DNA from: Ministeria vibrans ATCC 50519 | Lineage: Eukaryota; Protista; Filasterea | Assembly: GCA_943704425.1 (NCBI GenBank) | Contig: CALSCP010000556.1 | Location: 32,145 to 96,144 of the forward strand | Reading direction: 5' to 3' | DNA length: 64,000 nucleotides | Part shown: piece after piece, positions 51,243 to 63,700 of the stretch | Layout of the letters: each line of letters opens with the position of its first letter | How positions within the stretch are numbered: the stretch's first letter is position 1 | Translations under genes and position numbers: made by a program | The notes under the pieces: model-generated | Databases searched by the model: none | The model's input: only the letters and a program-made list of their open reading frames with translations | Told to the model about the DNA's origin: nothing

Positions 51243-54029
51243 ATGAACGGGCAGAGATCTAAGGCGCACGCGTGTGACGAGAAAACGAAAAAGCAAGAAA
51301 AAGAGTCTCTGGAAGATTCGCTTGCACTTGCATCAAAACGGGCCGAGGACGGGCAAACGGAAACCGATGTGGTCGTTGATATGACACGTACCGTTCAAAA
51401 AGCGAATCGTTGGTTTCTTTTTCTCATCTTTTCACAAAAATATAATCTTTGTCGTTTAGAATTATCAATATTCGAATCGGTTGTTGCGACGTTGTACAGC
51501 GATACAGCGACAGTTGCGGAAAGGGAAGTGGCTGTGAGTACATTGGAGAACCACGCCGGGCAGGATGATCACAAGAGAGTGGCGATTGTACACTCTGGCG
51601 CAATTCAGCCGATTGTTGCGCTTCTTCTCGTTGGAACAGACAGCGCCAAAGAGAAGGCGGCGGGTGCGCTGAGAAGCCTGGCCCGTAATAACGACAACCA
51701 AGTGGCCATTGCACGCGCAGGTGCGATTGAACCGCTGATCGCCTTGTTGCGCAGTGGAACCGACTTTGCTAAGGTGGAGGCGGCAGGTGCGCTGTTCAGC
51801 CTGGCCACCAACCACGACAACAAAGTGACCATTGCACGCGCAGGTGCAATTGAACCGCTGATTGATGTGTTGCGCAGTGGAACAGACAGCGCCAAGGAGA
51901 AGGCGGCAGGTGCGCTGTGTAGCCTGGCCGTCAACGACGACAACAACGCAGTGACCATTGTTCGCGCAGGCGCAGTTAAACCGTTGAACACTCTGTTGCG
52001 CAGTGGAACCGACATTGCCCAAGAGGTGGCGGCGTTTGCGTTGTTTATCCTGGCTACCAACGACGACAACAAAATGGCCATTGCACATGCAGGTGCAATT
52101 GAGCCGCTGATTGATGTGTTGCGCAGTGGAACCGACACCGCCAAGGAGCAGGCGGCGGGTGCGCTGTCCAACTTGGCCCGCAACAACGACAACAAAGTGA
52201 CCATTGCACGCGCAGGTGCAATTGGACCGCTGATTGATGTGCTGCGCAGTGGAACTGACAGCGCCAAAGAAACCGCAGCGGGTGCGCTGAGGAACCTGGC
52301 CGTCAACGACGACGACAACAAAGTGACCATTGCACATGCAGGTGCGATTGAACCGCTGATTGCTGTGTTGCGCAGTGGAACCGACAGCGCCAAGGAGAAC
52401 GCAGCGGGTGCGCTGAAGAACCTGGCCGTCAACGACGACAACCAAGTGACCATTGCACATGCGGGTGCAATGGAGCCACTGATTGTTGTGTTGCGCAGTG
52501 GAACCGACACGGCCAAGGAAAAGGCAGCTGCGGCGCTGTGGAACCTGGCTGCCAACGACGACAACCAACTGACCATTGCACGCGCAGGTGCGATTGAACC
52601 GCTGATTACTCTGTTGCGCAGTGGAACCGATAGTGCCAAGGAGAACGCGGCAGGTGCGCTGTCCAACCTGGCCCGCAACGACGGCAACCAAGTGACCATA
52701 GCACGCGCAGGTGCAATTGAACCATTGATTGCTGTGTTGCGCAGTGGAACTGACAGCGCCAAGGAGAACGCGGCGGGTGCGCTGTCCAATCTGGCCGTTA
52801 ACGACGACAACAAAGTGACCATTGCACGCGCAGGTGCGATTGAGCCGCTGATTGCCTTGTTGCGGAGTGGAACCGACACCGCTAAGGAGAAGGCGGCGCG
52901 TCCGCTGTGGTGCCTGGCCGCCAACGACGATAACAAAGTGACCATTGCACGCGCAGGTGCAATTGAACCGCTGATTGTTGTGTTGCGCAGTGGAACCGAT
53001 AGTGCCAAGGAGCAGGCGGCAGGTGCGCTGTGGAGTCTGGCCATCAACAACGACAACCAAGTGACCATTGCACGCGCAGGTGCGATTGAACCGCTGATTG
53101 TTGTGTTGCGCAGTGGAACCGACATTGCCAAGAAGAAGGCGGCAGGTGCGCTGAGGAACCTGGCTGTCAACAAAGACAACAAAGTGGCCATCGCACATGC
53201 AGGTGCGATTGAACCGCTGATTGCTGTGTTGCGCAGTGGAATTGACAGCGCCAAGGAAAACGCGGCGGCTGCGCTGAAGAACCTGGCCATCAACGACGAC
53301 AACCGAGTGACCATTGCCCGAGCAGGTGCAATGGAACCGCTGATTGCTTTGTTGCGCAGTGGAACCGACAGCGCCAATGAGAAGGCGGCGTGTCCGCTGT
53401 GGAGCCTTGCCGTTAACGACGACGACAACAAAGTGACCATTGTTCGCGCGGGTGCGATTGAACCGCTGATTGCTCTGTTGCGCAGTGGAACCGACACTGC
53501 TAAGGAGCAGGCGGCAGGTGCGCTGTGGAGCCTGGCCCGCAACGGCGACAACCAAGTGACCATTGCACGCGCAGGTGCAATTGAACCGCTGATTGATGTG
53601 TTGCGCAGTGGAACCGATATTGCCAAGAAAAAGTCGACAGGTGCGCTGAGAAACCTGGCCGTCAACAAAGACAACAAAGTGGCCATAGCACGCGCGGGTG
53701 CAATTGAACCGCTGGTTGATGTGTTGCGCAGTGGAACCGACAGCGCCAAGGAGCAGGCGGCGGGTGCGCTGTCCAACCTGGCCGTCAACGACGACAACCA
53801 AGTGACCATTGCACGCGCAGGTGCGATTGAGGCAGCAGTGGCTCTTCTGAGCAATGAGAGTGCATCCGACCGCTCCAAAGAGATCATTGTGCGTCTCTTA
53901 CTCCAGTTGTCCAATGGAAATAGTATCAATAAGTCGGCCATCCAACAGAGTGGTGCACTGGCTCTCCTGACCAACATGGGTATTGCAGGGTCTACTTTGG
54001 CCAAGGATGCATTTATTAGTCTTCTTTGA
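51243..54029 (+). CDS. Armadillo-repeat protein, ~18 near-identical 41-aa units plus caps (copy 1); probable 72-nt intron 51388-51459
   Basis: Unit KVTIARAGAIEPLIAVLRSGTDSAKENAAGALWNLAVNDDN, 123-bp periodicity. Confidence 0.92.
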   Translation: MNGQRSKAHACDEKTKKQEKESLEDSLALASKRAEDGQTETDVVVDMTRTVQKANRWFLFLIFSQKYNLCRLELSIFESVVATLYSDTATVAEREVAVSTLENHAGQDDHKRVAIVHSGAIQPIVALLLVGTDSAKEKAAGALRSLARNNDNQVAIARAGAIEPLIALLRSGTDFAKVEAAGALFSLATNHDNKVTIARAGAIEPLIDVLRSGTDSAKEKAAGALCSLAVNDDNNAVTIVRAGAVKPLNTLLRSGTDIAQEVAAFALFILATNDDNKMAIAHAGAIEPLIDVLRSGTDTAKEQAAGALSNLARNNDNKVTIARAGAIGPLIDVLRSGTDSAKETAAGALRNLAVNDDDNKVTIAHAGAIEPLIAVLRSGTDSAKENAAGALKNLAVNDDNQVTIAHAGAMEPLIVVLRSGTDTAKEKAAAALWNLAANDDNQLTIARAGAIEPLITLLRSGTDSAKENAAGALSNLARNDGNQVTIARAGAIEPLIAVLRSGTDSAKENAAGALSNLAVNDDNKVTIARAGAIEPLIALLRSGTDTAKEKAARPLWCLAANDDNKVTIARAGAIEPLIVVLRSGTDSAKEQAAGALWSLAINNDNQVTIARAGAIEPLIVVLRSGTDIAKKKAAGALRNLAVNKDNKVAIAHAGAIEPLIAVLRSGIDSAKENAAAALKNLAINDDNRVTIARAGAMEPLIALLRSGTDSANEKAACPLWSLAVNDDDNKVTIVRAGAIEPLIALLRSGTDTAKEQAAGALWSLARNGDNQVTIARAGAIEPLIDVLRSGTDIAKKKSTGALRNLAVNKDNKVAIARAGAIEPLVDVLRSGTDSAKEQAAGALSNLAVNDDNQVTIARAGAIEAAVALLSNESASDRSKEIIVRLLLQLSNGNSINKSAIQQSGALALLTNMGIAGSTLAKDAFISLL

Positions 54030-54167
54030 TTCCGAAACGCTCTCAGAGAAAAACTTCGTTTTATAATAGTTGATAATAATAATAGTATTAATAATAATAA
54101 AAATTATTATAATAAAATTATTATTAAAAATAGATGAAAGGAAACGACATTTATTACAGAGTAAAAC

Positions 54168-57100
54168 TTAGCAGATAGAAAAAGTGCGCTGAATCCACTC
54201 GAAACTTCTCGAGAGTAAACGAGACAAGTACAAGACTTTGGCCAGACGCCACACATCCAACTCCAATCGCTCAAACTGCTCGAGTCGCAATGGAGACAGT
54301 TCCACCGAGTACGACTGATCCCGTTTCCGCACTGCTCTCTGCATTATCCCTAACCATTCCAGCGCACACAGAACCTTTGATGATCCGATGAATCGCTCAT
54401 AGGTTCCCTGATACACAACAACAAAACAAAAATTATGATGAGAATGACTGCTACTACCTATCAATGATTTCGGATCAGATTCACCCTACAAAGACACACG
54501 CACATACACCACACATACACACACTTTCTCTCTTAAACCTCTCTCACAACATGAGTCAAACTTGGACTTATAATAATATACCTCCAAAACATCGCACAAA
54601 ACCACCTCGCAGACGGCCCTCCCTTCCCTCCGTGCCTCCGCATTCCCTTGCTCCACCTGCTCCACTATTCCTCCATACATTTCGCCGGCCAATCCCATTC
54701 CGCGACACATCTCATCAACAAACGCAGTCACAACCTCGTACACAACCTCGCCCTTTCTCCTTCTTCCAACCCTTTCCACTTCAGCCACACTTTCGTCATC
54801 ATGGCTACTCTCTCCCTCTCCGTTCCGCCGATATTCCCCCACCGCATACCCCACAATCTTCCGCTTTGCTCCCCTCTCCTCCGCTACAGACACACTCGCA
54901 ACCACTCCAGCCACATTCCGTGCTCTCCACCAGCGCATCTCCCTATCTTCTTCTTCTTCTTCCCCTTCCCCTTCTTCTTCTTCTTCTTCTTCTTCTTCCT
55001 TCACTTCCTCTAGCCCCTTCCACTTCCCACTCACACACTCCTTTTCCTTTGCTTCAATGGCATTCCCCCAAGGCAGAAACCCTAAAAACTGCGAAAGTGT
55101 CTCAGCGCCCCTAAAAATAAAACACACAACATAGACAATAATAATAATATTAAATTAATAATCATTATATTTTATCATTATTGTACCTTCCTCCTCGGTA
55201 GCGCCACACTCGATCCTCATTGCGGAAGATCCATCGCATTGTCTCTACTCGCTCAGTCGCACTCATCGCCTCAAACCGTCGCAATGCAATCCTCTCCCGC
55301 ACTCCCTTAAAACTGTGCGTGTGAAACATAACACGATTAATATCAAACCAGTACCTTTCTCAACTGTTTCCACTTGAGCGCACACCACTCAATCATTCGT
55401 GACCGTTCCATCATCTTTATCATCTCCCACACCACCCCAATGCTCGCAGAGGAACATTTTACCTCCTTCGTCGTTAACCTGCTCAGGTACACTCGACTGT
55501 CATCAAACTCCCGCACCACTCGTTCAATCGTCTGCTCTGCCACAGTCGCAATACGCTCCACAATCGCTTCCTTTGTCTCTACTGCAATACTACTTCCTTC
55601 CCCTCTCTCCTCCTCCTCCTCCTCCTCCTCCTCCACTTCTTTCTCCTCCCCCTCTTCTGCCCGCCTCTTCTTCGTCTTCTTCTTCTTCTTTCCCTTCCGC
55701 TTCTTCGCCTGCTGCTGCCCCACAAACCGTTCATAATCAAACGAACGAGCAACCACCGATGCCACACTTCCACTTCCTACTCCCTGCTCCACTGTCATCG
55801 CCACTCCTTTCACCACAAGTGAGCCCAAAAACATCCATTGGCCCGAGTCCATTTCACGCAAGCGCACCAGAATTTCTTCGCTCAAAATGCCCGCCAAGTC
55901 CTTCTTCGTCGTCTTCCTCTTCTTCGCACTCTCTTCCCCTCCTCCTCCCCAACGCTCCCCCTCCTCGTCGTCTCCTTCCTCCTTCCCCACCAAACGACCG
56001 ACACTCTCACGCGCCACGACACAGTCATACCCGCAACGCACACGTTCCATCTTCATGTTGTCCCAGTAGCTCGCGCACTCGTCCAGAAAGTCCACACGCA
56101 TCTCAAGCGCAAGGCCTTCCAGTGACAATCCTACTGACGCCGTGGCCCCCTCAAACACCTCAGGAGTCGGCAGATTGTGTGGTAGAATCAGGGCGGGTGC
56201 GCCTGTCGCGCGCAGCAGTGGGCCCACCAAATGGCTCCACACTTCACTCGTGTCCAGCGCATGTCCGTTCGTGTACGCCTTGCACACATACACTCCAGCA
56301 CTTGTCAGAATGAATTCGGCATTCTCAATCTCAACGCCACGCACATCGCGAATGCTAATCACACCCGCATCTCGTCGCAACGCCAGCTCAAGAGGCTTCT
56401 CTGCATGACAGCCGTCAGGCGCATAACACCCCACAATATTTGCACCACAGCATTTCATGACAGACGGAACATCGTCGCACAGATAGGCGCACAGCTCATG
56501 CTCGAGCTCGTCGCTTGCCGTCGTCGACACAGACACAGACAACTCAGCGTCCGCACTCGCCGTCTCCATGCGCTCCTCATCCGCCAACAGTGCCATTTTC
56601 GTCTCGGCAACCTGAGCAGCAATCGTAGCGCGTGCCCCATGCTGGGCATCGCGCACCGCACGATCAATCGCGCGCGTCACAATCGCCCTTCGTCCACGCA
56701 GCTCTTCAAGACTCAGCGGCACATCATCATCACTCGTGCCAAATATCACATCACGCTCGACTACAACGCCATCCACGTCGACCTCGCGAATTTGAAGATC
56801 GCGCAGCAACGGAATGTACAGCGAGTAGAGCACGACAAGCGAGCGGCGCAACGCATTCTCCACACTACGTCGCCCTGTCGTGCGTACGCGCACCAACTCA
56901 CGACCAAACTCGCAGTGTGCTGTCGCTGGTGCAGCACACACTCTCTCGTAGCCCCACTCGAGCAGTCGTTCTTCAATCGCCTGGTTCTCCGTCAAACGTG
57001 ACACTTCGTGTGCCAAACGAGCATAAAATGTGGCCGGCGAGTCACATGTGTCGCTGAGCAGCGATGCGCGCAACAATTCGGTGGCAAGACGACGCAATGC

Positions 57101-59644
57101 TGCGTAACGTGGCAGCTGCGTGTGTTCAAGGCGTCGAGCAATCACCAGAAGTACTTGAAAGGTCGCGGGAGCAGCGTCAAGCCAAGCGGGCAAGCAAGGG
57201 GGAAAGGTGAACGGATTGGTATGGTCCGCACGACACGAGGGAGTGGTTGTGAGTGGTGTCATGGGCAAAGGCGTGACGGGGACACTCGACGAAGACGTTT
57301 GCTGCTCGTGGCGTCCTTGAGCAAAGAGTAGACAGAGCAGCGTGAGACGCTCCATCTGCGCAGTGAGCAGACGCACACTGTCGGCAGTCAGCGACCGCAT
57401 CTCCACCTGACGCACAAGATCGGTAAGAATATCCCGAGCACTCACGCCACCCATTGAGTCCGCCGCATGTCGTCCATAGCGTTGCACTAGCATCATGTCC
57501 ATCGCAATCACAGCACATATAGGTGCCAAAAATACCCCCAGCACAAACGCATCGTCTTCCTCCTCTAATACTTCTTCATCCCTATCTTCGCCTTTCCCAT
57601 TGCCAAAAAGCGCCTCGCGCAACGGCGCATAGCGAGCATGCGAGAGCACTGGACGACAAATGGAGCGCAGGGCGCGCACGTCCTGGTGACGTGCACTCTG
57701 AATGAGAGCACGCAAAATGCGTCCCACACCCGCGGGCGCTCGTGTTAGGTCTACTTGGACTGATGCCTCCGCCGGCTCCACCAGCAGCAGTTTTGTGAGT
57801 TGCTCGCCTGTCGCATGAAGCATCAGCAGCGCCGCCGAGTGACCGCCGGCTTTGAGAAAGCGACGCGCCAGACGCTCCGTGAGATCGTGCAGGTCAGTTA
57901 CGGCGTGACGAGGACGCAGAGCAAGCGAGACAACGTCAATGCCAGGCGTGATGAGCACCGATACGTCCTTGTTAGCCGCAATGGCCGACTCGAGAGAGTC
58001 AACAACAGCCGAAATGGCACTCAGGTGTTGGGTAGTGGCAACACCAGCAGAGTCAAGCGCGGCAACGAGACGTGGTACAGTGACAGTGAAGATGTGAAAG
58101 GAACGCATTGCACCAGCGGCAACGCCGCGGTCAACCACGGCACAGAGTCGCGCAAGAAGCATTACGGCCGCATCGGCATCGACTGTAGCATCCGTAGCAA
58201 TCCATTTGCGCACAAGAGCAATCGTGTTGGGCAGCTCGACGGCCATGGTAAACCCGACAGTGCGCCCGTGGGAGGCCAGAGTGCGCGCCAGCGAGAGAAG
58301 CGACGTGAGAAACAACGTGCGCGTGGACAGTACAGTCGTGAGTGCCTTGACTTGGTGCCAGACAAGCGAAATGCGATGCAGGACATCAGATAGAAGTGAT
58401 GGGCGTGCACGCAGACGCAATGCGCCTTCGGTGTATTCCAGAAGCGACTGGCATACACACGCGTGCCCGACCTGCCCGAAAAAGGGAGAAAACACTGTTG
58501 GAATGATAGACGTGGCGACCGTGTGAGGCTCGAGATCGGCATACTCAAGTGCAACGCGTGCCATTCGCATGAGAAATGGAAAAAGAGTCGAGTCATCGCG
58601 TGCCAGATAGCCTTCGCTACTGTAGTTCAGCAACGACGGCACAAGTCGTGCAAGTGTGTCACGCACTGTTGCCAGCGATATCGTGTCGGAGGCAGCCAGT
58701 GAAACGGCAAGGCCTAGTGTGGCGTGTGCGTACAACGACGACGACGACGACGACGACGAAGCGGCGGTGGTGGTGGGAAAGAGACGTGTGAGAGCAGTGA
58801 GTGTGTCGAGCAGGGAAGAAGCGAGTGCGAGTTCAACGTCGACCACCACCGAACATGGGGTGCTCTGCTGCTCTTTGTCAGTCGCGTTGTCGATGCTGGC
58901 GGCAGTCTCTACAAGCTCGTCGTCGTCTAAGGCAGCAGCAATGCGGTTGGCAAGCACAAGCAGCAGCTGTAGGGTGAGCGAGGCGCTGAGGGAGAAGAGT
59001 GTGGCAGATGCTGACAGGTGCATCAGCTGCTGCAAGGTCGAGACGGAGGCCGAGGCGGCAAGTGCCAGGCTGAGTACACTGCGAGTGCCTTCGTCAAGAA
59101 GGGTGTGGGGCTGGTGGAGGCCACTGGTGGCAACCCAGTCGGGTAGCGAGTCGTGGCGGAGACGTTGAAGGACTTGCAAGTGCGCCAAGGCAACGCGATC
59201 GTCCAGATCAGCCAGGAGACGCCCAAGGGACGCGTTGGCCAGCGCGTCGGCGAGAACACTCGCCAATTGAGTGCTGTGACGACAGGCGTCCACAAGAAGA
59301 CCAAGACTGACGGTGGCACGGCGAGCAATGGAAATGTTGGTCGACGAGCAACGCGCGAGTTTTGTGAGGACTGCGACGAGATCTGAAGCAACGAGGGGGT
59401 AACGAGCAAGCGAGATGGTAGGAAAGCCTACAGTGATGGTTCCAAAGGCACGCACGGCCACAGCGTCGTCGCGTGTGGCCGCTGAGGCGCGGGACTCGAC
59501 ACTTGCCGCAACAGCGTCTGCGCCCAGCAACACAATCTCGGGAGGCCACAGCCGATGCCAGTCGGGCTCTGCGTCCACATGCGTATTAGAAGCTTCCGTA
59601 ATGAACCATTTTAGGTCGCTGAGGTGCAGCAGAACGTCAGGCAT
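54168..59644 (-). CDS. Large uncharacterised protein: helical (HEAT/ARM-like) N-terminal region + C-terminal GNAT-like domain, ~4 exons
   Basis: A 1433-aa Leu/Ala-rich ORF continues through small introns into KIVGYAVGEY...YEVVTAFVDEMCRGMGLAGEMY (RGxGLA acetyl-CoA motif). Stop at 54168. Confidence 0.65.
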
Positions 59645-59823
59645 AACGAGAAAAGAATGACAGTTCTGTGATCTGTCTGACGTCTGTCTTTCAACACTAA
59701 GTTCACTTCTTTACTCTTTACGTTATTCAATCATTAATCATTTTGATTTTTCAAAGTCTCAAATCAGCATTGATTAGATTCGATTGAGTGTAGAATCAGT
59801 GTGGACTCACCGGACTGTGGAGA

Positions 59824-60525
59824 ATGAAGGTTGAAGTGGACGGCAGCGACGTTGAAGTTGTTGTGGACGAAGTGCCCGACGGCACTCGCTGTGCTGGAGT
59901 GGGACTGATTCTCACTCATGGAGCGTCGGGTGACTGCAAGACGGCTCAGTTGACGCAGATTGCGCAGGCATTCTCACAGGCTGGAATTCCCACAGTTCGA
60001 TTTTCGTCAAGAAAATCCGTTGACGGTCGAGCAAACGTAATGAACGCCGTCCTGGCCAAGGCCCGGGCCACCATGGGCAGCAATGTGTCACACTGGGTGC
60101 TGGCAGGCCGGTCGATGGGCGCACGAGTGGCTGCGACAGCGGCGGTTGGAGCGGATAAAAACATTGTCGTCGGCACTCTGCTCATTTCCTACCCGTTCCA
60201 CCCCCCTGGGAAGGCGGGCGACGTCGCGAAGCACCGCAGTGGACCCATCCTGAAAGTACCCATCCCTTCGTTGATTGTCACGGGCAGCAAGGACCCCTTC
60301 TCGACGGGCTCGCTCATGGCAGAGTGTGCAGCGCACAACACGCTCGTTCAACTGCTCACCATTGCAGGAGCAGACCACGGCCTTGGCAACAAGGCGGGAA
60401 AGGAAGGCCTCGCGGGGGCCATTGAGCAAATGATTGCCTTCTCGCTTCACGTGGGAGGTGGTGGCAAATCAAGCGGAGAAGAACACGAGGAAGAGCCGAA
60501 CAAGAGGAGACGCACTAAAAAGTGA
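59824..60525 (+). CDS. TEX30: TEX30/KANL3-type alpha/beta hydrolase
   Basis: LILTHGASGD, LAGRSMGAR (nucleophile elbow), LISYPFHPPG, GSKD, GADH. Confidence 0.82.
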   Translation: MKVEVDGSDVEVVVDEVPDGTRCAGVGLILTHGASGDCKTAQLTQIAQAFSQAGIPTVRFSSRKSVDGRANVMNAVLAKARATMGSNVSHWVLAGRSMGARVAATAAVGADKNIVVGTLLISYPFHPPGKAGDVAKHRSGPILKVPIPSLIVTGSKDPFSTGSLMAECAAHNTLVQLLTIAGADHGLGNKAGKEGLAGAIEQMIAFSLHVGGGGKSSGEEHEEEPNKRRRTKK

Positions 60526-60799
60526 CCAAGACACGCACTATATTTTATGAAAATCGCTAATAGTAACATTTATGATTAGTTATTTTAGTATATGTTGTTG
60601 TGTCAACTGAACAATACTACTGAAATACTGAATACTGTTAAAGTTTGAGGTTTGATTGGAGTTCCTTCTTTCCGAGTGTGTGATCTGTAAAAGGAAAAGA
60701 AAAAAAATCAGATTCAGAAATCACAACTCAAAACTCAAATCACTTTATTTCATTCATCAACCACTGAAAACACATCAACGCCTTACGTACAGCACACTG

Positions 60800-63700
60800 A
60801 TGGACGAGCAGAACTCTAAGGCGCGCGCGTGTGACGAGAAAACGAAAAAGTCGGAAGATTCGCCTGCACTCGCATCAAAGGGGGGCAAGGACAGGCAAAC
60901 CGAGACCGATTTGGTCGTCGGCATGACACGTACCGTTCAAAAAGCGAATCGTTGGTTTCTATTTCTTATCTTTTCACAAAAATATAATCTTTGTCGTTTA
61001 GAATTATCAATATTCGAATCGTTTGTTGCGACGTTGTACAGCGGGACAGCGACAGTCGCGGAAAAGGAGGTGGCTGTGAGTGCATTGGAGAACCACGCCA
61101 GGCAGGATGATCACAAGAGAGTGGCGATTGTACACTCTGGCGCAATTCAGCCGATTGTTGCGCTTCTTCTCGTTGGAACGGACAGCGCCAAAGAGAAGGC
61201 GGCGGGTGCGCTGAGAAGCCTGGCCCGTAATAACGACAACNNNNNNNNNNNNNNNNNNNNNNNNNNNNNNNNNNNNNNNNNNNNNNNNNNNNNNNNNNNN
61301 NNNNNNNNNNNNNNNNNNNNNNNNNNNNNNNNNNNNNNGTACACTCTGGCGCAATTCAGCCGATTGTTGCGCTTCTTCTCGTTGGAACGGACAGCGCCAA
61401 AGAGAAGGCGGCGGGTGCGCTGAGAAGCCTGGCCCGTAATAACGACAACCAAGTGGCCATTGCACGCGCAGGTGCGATTGAACCGCTGATTGATGTGCTG
61501 CGCAGTGGAACTGACAGCGCCAAGGAGAACNNNNNNNCCAAGGAGAACGCAGCGGGTGCGCTGTGGAACCTGGCCGTCAACAACGACAACAAAGTGACCA
61601 TTGCATGCGCAGGTGCAATTGGACCGCTGATTGCTGTGTTGCGCAGTGGAACAGACAGCGCCAAGGAGAACGCAGCGGGTGCGCTGTGGAACCTGGCCCG
61701 TAATAACGACAACAAAGTGACCATTGCACGCGCAGGTGCAGCTGGACCGCTGATTGATGTGTTGCGCAGTGGAACTGACCGCGCCAAGGTGAACGCAGCG
61801 GGTGCGCTGTGGAACCTGGCCATCAACAACGACAACAAAGTGACCATTGCACATGCAGGTGCGATTGAACCGCTGATTGCTCTGTTGCACAGTGGAACCG
61901 ACAGCGCCAAGGAGTACGCAGCGGGTGCGCTGTGGAACCTGGCCGTTAACAACGACAACAAAGTGACCATTGCACATGCAGGTGCAATTGAACCGCTGAT
62001 TGCTGCGTTGCGCAGTGGAACCGACAGCGCCAAGGAGTACGCGGCGGGTGCGCTGCGGAACCTGGCCGTCAACAAGGACAACAAAGTGACCATTGCACAT
62101 GCAGGTGCGATTGAGCCGCTGATTGATNNNNNNACGACAACAAAGTGACCATTGCACATGCAGGTGCGATTGAGCCGCTGATTGCTGTTTTGCGCAGTGG
62201 AACCAACAGCGCCAAGGAGAAGGCGGCGGGTGCGCTGAGGAACCTGGCCACCAGCCACGACAACAAGGTGACCATTGCATGCGCAGGTGCAACTGGACCT
62301 CTGATTGATGTGTTGCGCAGTGGAACCGACAGCGCCAAGGAGAACGCGGCGGGTGTGCTGTGGAACCTGGCCCGTAATGACGACAACAAAGTGACCATTG
62401 CACATGCAGGTGCAGCTGGACCGCTGATTGCTCTGTTGCGCAGTGGAACCGACACGGCCAAGGAGTACGCAGCGGGTGCACTGTGGAACCTGGCCGTCAA
62501 CAACGACAACAAAGTGACCATTGCATGCGCAGGTGCAATTGGACCGCTGATTGATGTGTTGCGCAGTGGAACTGACAGCGCCAAGGAGAACGCCGCGGGT
62601 GCACTGTGGAACCTGGCCATCAACAACGACAACAAAGTGACCATTGCATGCGCAGGTGCGATTGAGCCGCTGATTGCTGTGTTGCGCAGTGGAACCGACA
62701 GCCCCAAGGAGAACGCGGCGGGTGCGCTGCGGAGCCTGGCCTTCAACGACGACAACAAAGTGATCATTGCACATGCAGGTGCAATTAAGCCGCTGATTGA
62801 TGTGTTGCGCAGTGGAACCGACAGCGCCAAGGAGAAGGCGGCGGGTGCGCTGAGAAGCCTGGCCCGTAATAACGACAACAAAGGGACCATTGCACGCGCA
62901 GGTGCAACTGGACCGCTGATTGATGTGTTGCGCAGTGGAACAGACAGCGCCAAGGAGAACGCCGCGGGTGCGCTGTGGAACCTGGCCATCAACAACGACA
63001 ACAAAGTGACCATTGCACATGCAGGTGCAATTGGACCGCTGATTGCTGTGTTGCGCAGTGGAACCGACAGCGCCAAGGAGTACGCGGCGGGTGCGCTGCG
63101 GAGCCTGGCCGTCAACAACGACAACAAGGTGACCATTGCACGCGCAAGTGCAATTGAACCGCTGATTGATGTGTTGCGCAGTGGAACTGACAACACCAAG
63201 GAGTACGCAGCGGGTGCGCTGTGGAATCTGGCCGTCAAGAACGACAACAAAGTGACCATTGCATGCGCAGGTGCAATTGGACCGCTGATTGCTGTGTTGC
63301 GCAGTGGAACTGACAACACCAAGGAGAACGCGGCGGGTGCGCTGTGGAGCCTGGCCGTCAATGACGACATCAAAATGGTCATTGCACATGCAGGTGCAAT
63401 TGAGCCGCTGATTGATGTGTTGCGCAGTGGAACCGACAGCGCCAAGGAGAAGGCGGCGGGTGCGCTGAGGAACCTGGCCACCAGCCACGACCACAAAGTG
63501 ACCATTGCACGCGCCGGTGCGATTGAACCACTGATTGTCTTGTTGTGCTGTGGAACTGACAGCGCCAAGGAGAACGCAGCTGGTGCGCTGAGAAACCTGG
63601 CCCGCAACGACGACCACAAAGTGACCACTGCACATGCAGGTGCGATTGAACCGCTGATTGCTGTGTTGCGCAGTGGAACCGACACCGCCAAGGAGTATGC

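Noticed and set aside
51465-54004. Long antisense ORFs (778 and 799 aa) over ARM copy 1, and similar ones over copy 2
   Set aside because: Shadow frames: a stop-free repeat unit stays open when tandemly amplified. No independent protein features.
61339-61440. Duplicate of the first ARM unit on both sides of an N gap
   Set aside because: Identical sequence flanking a gap indicates contig overlap, not a real duplication.
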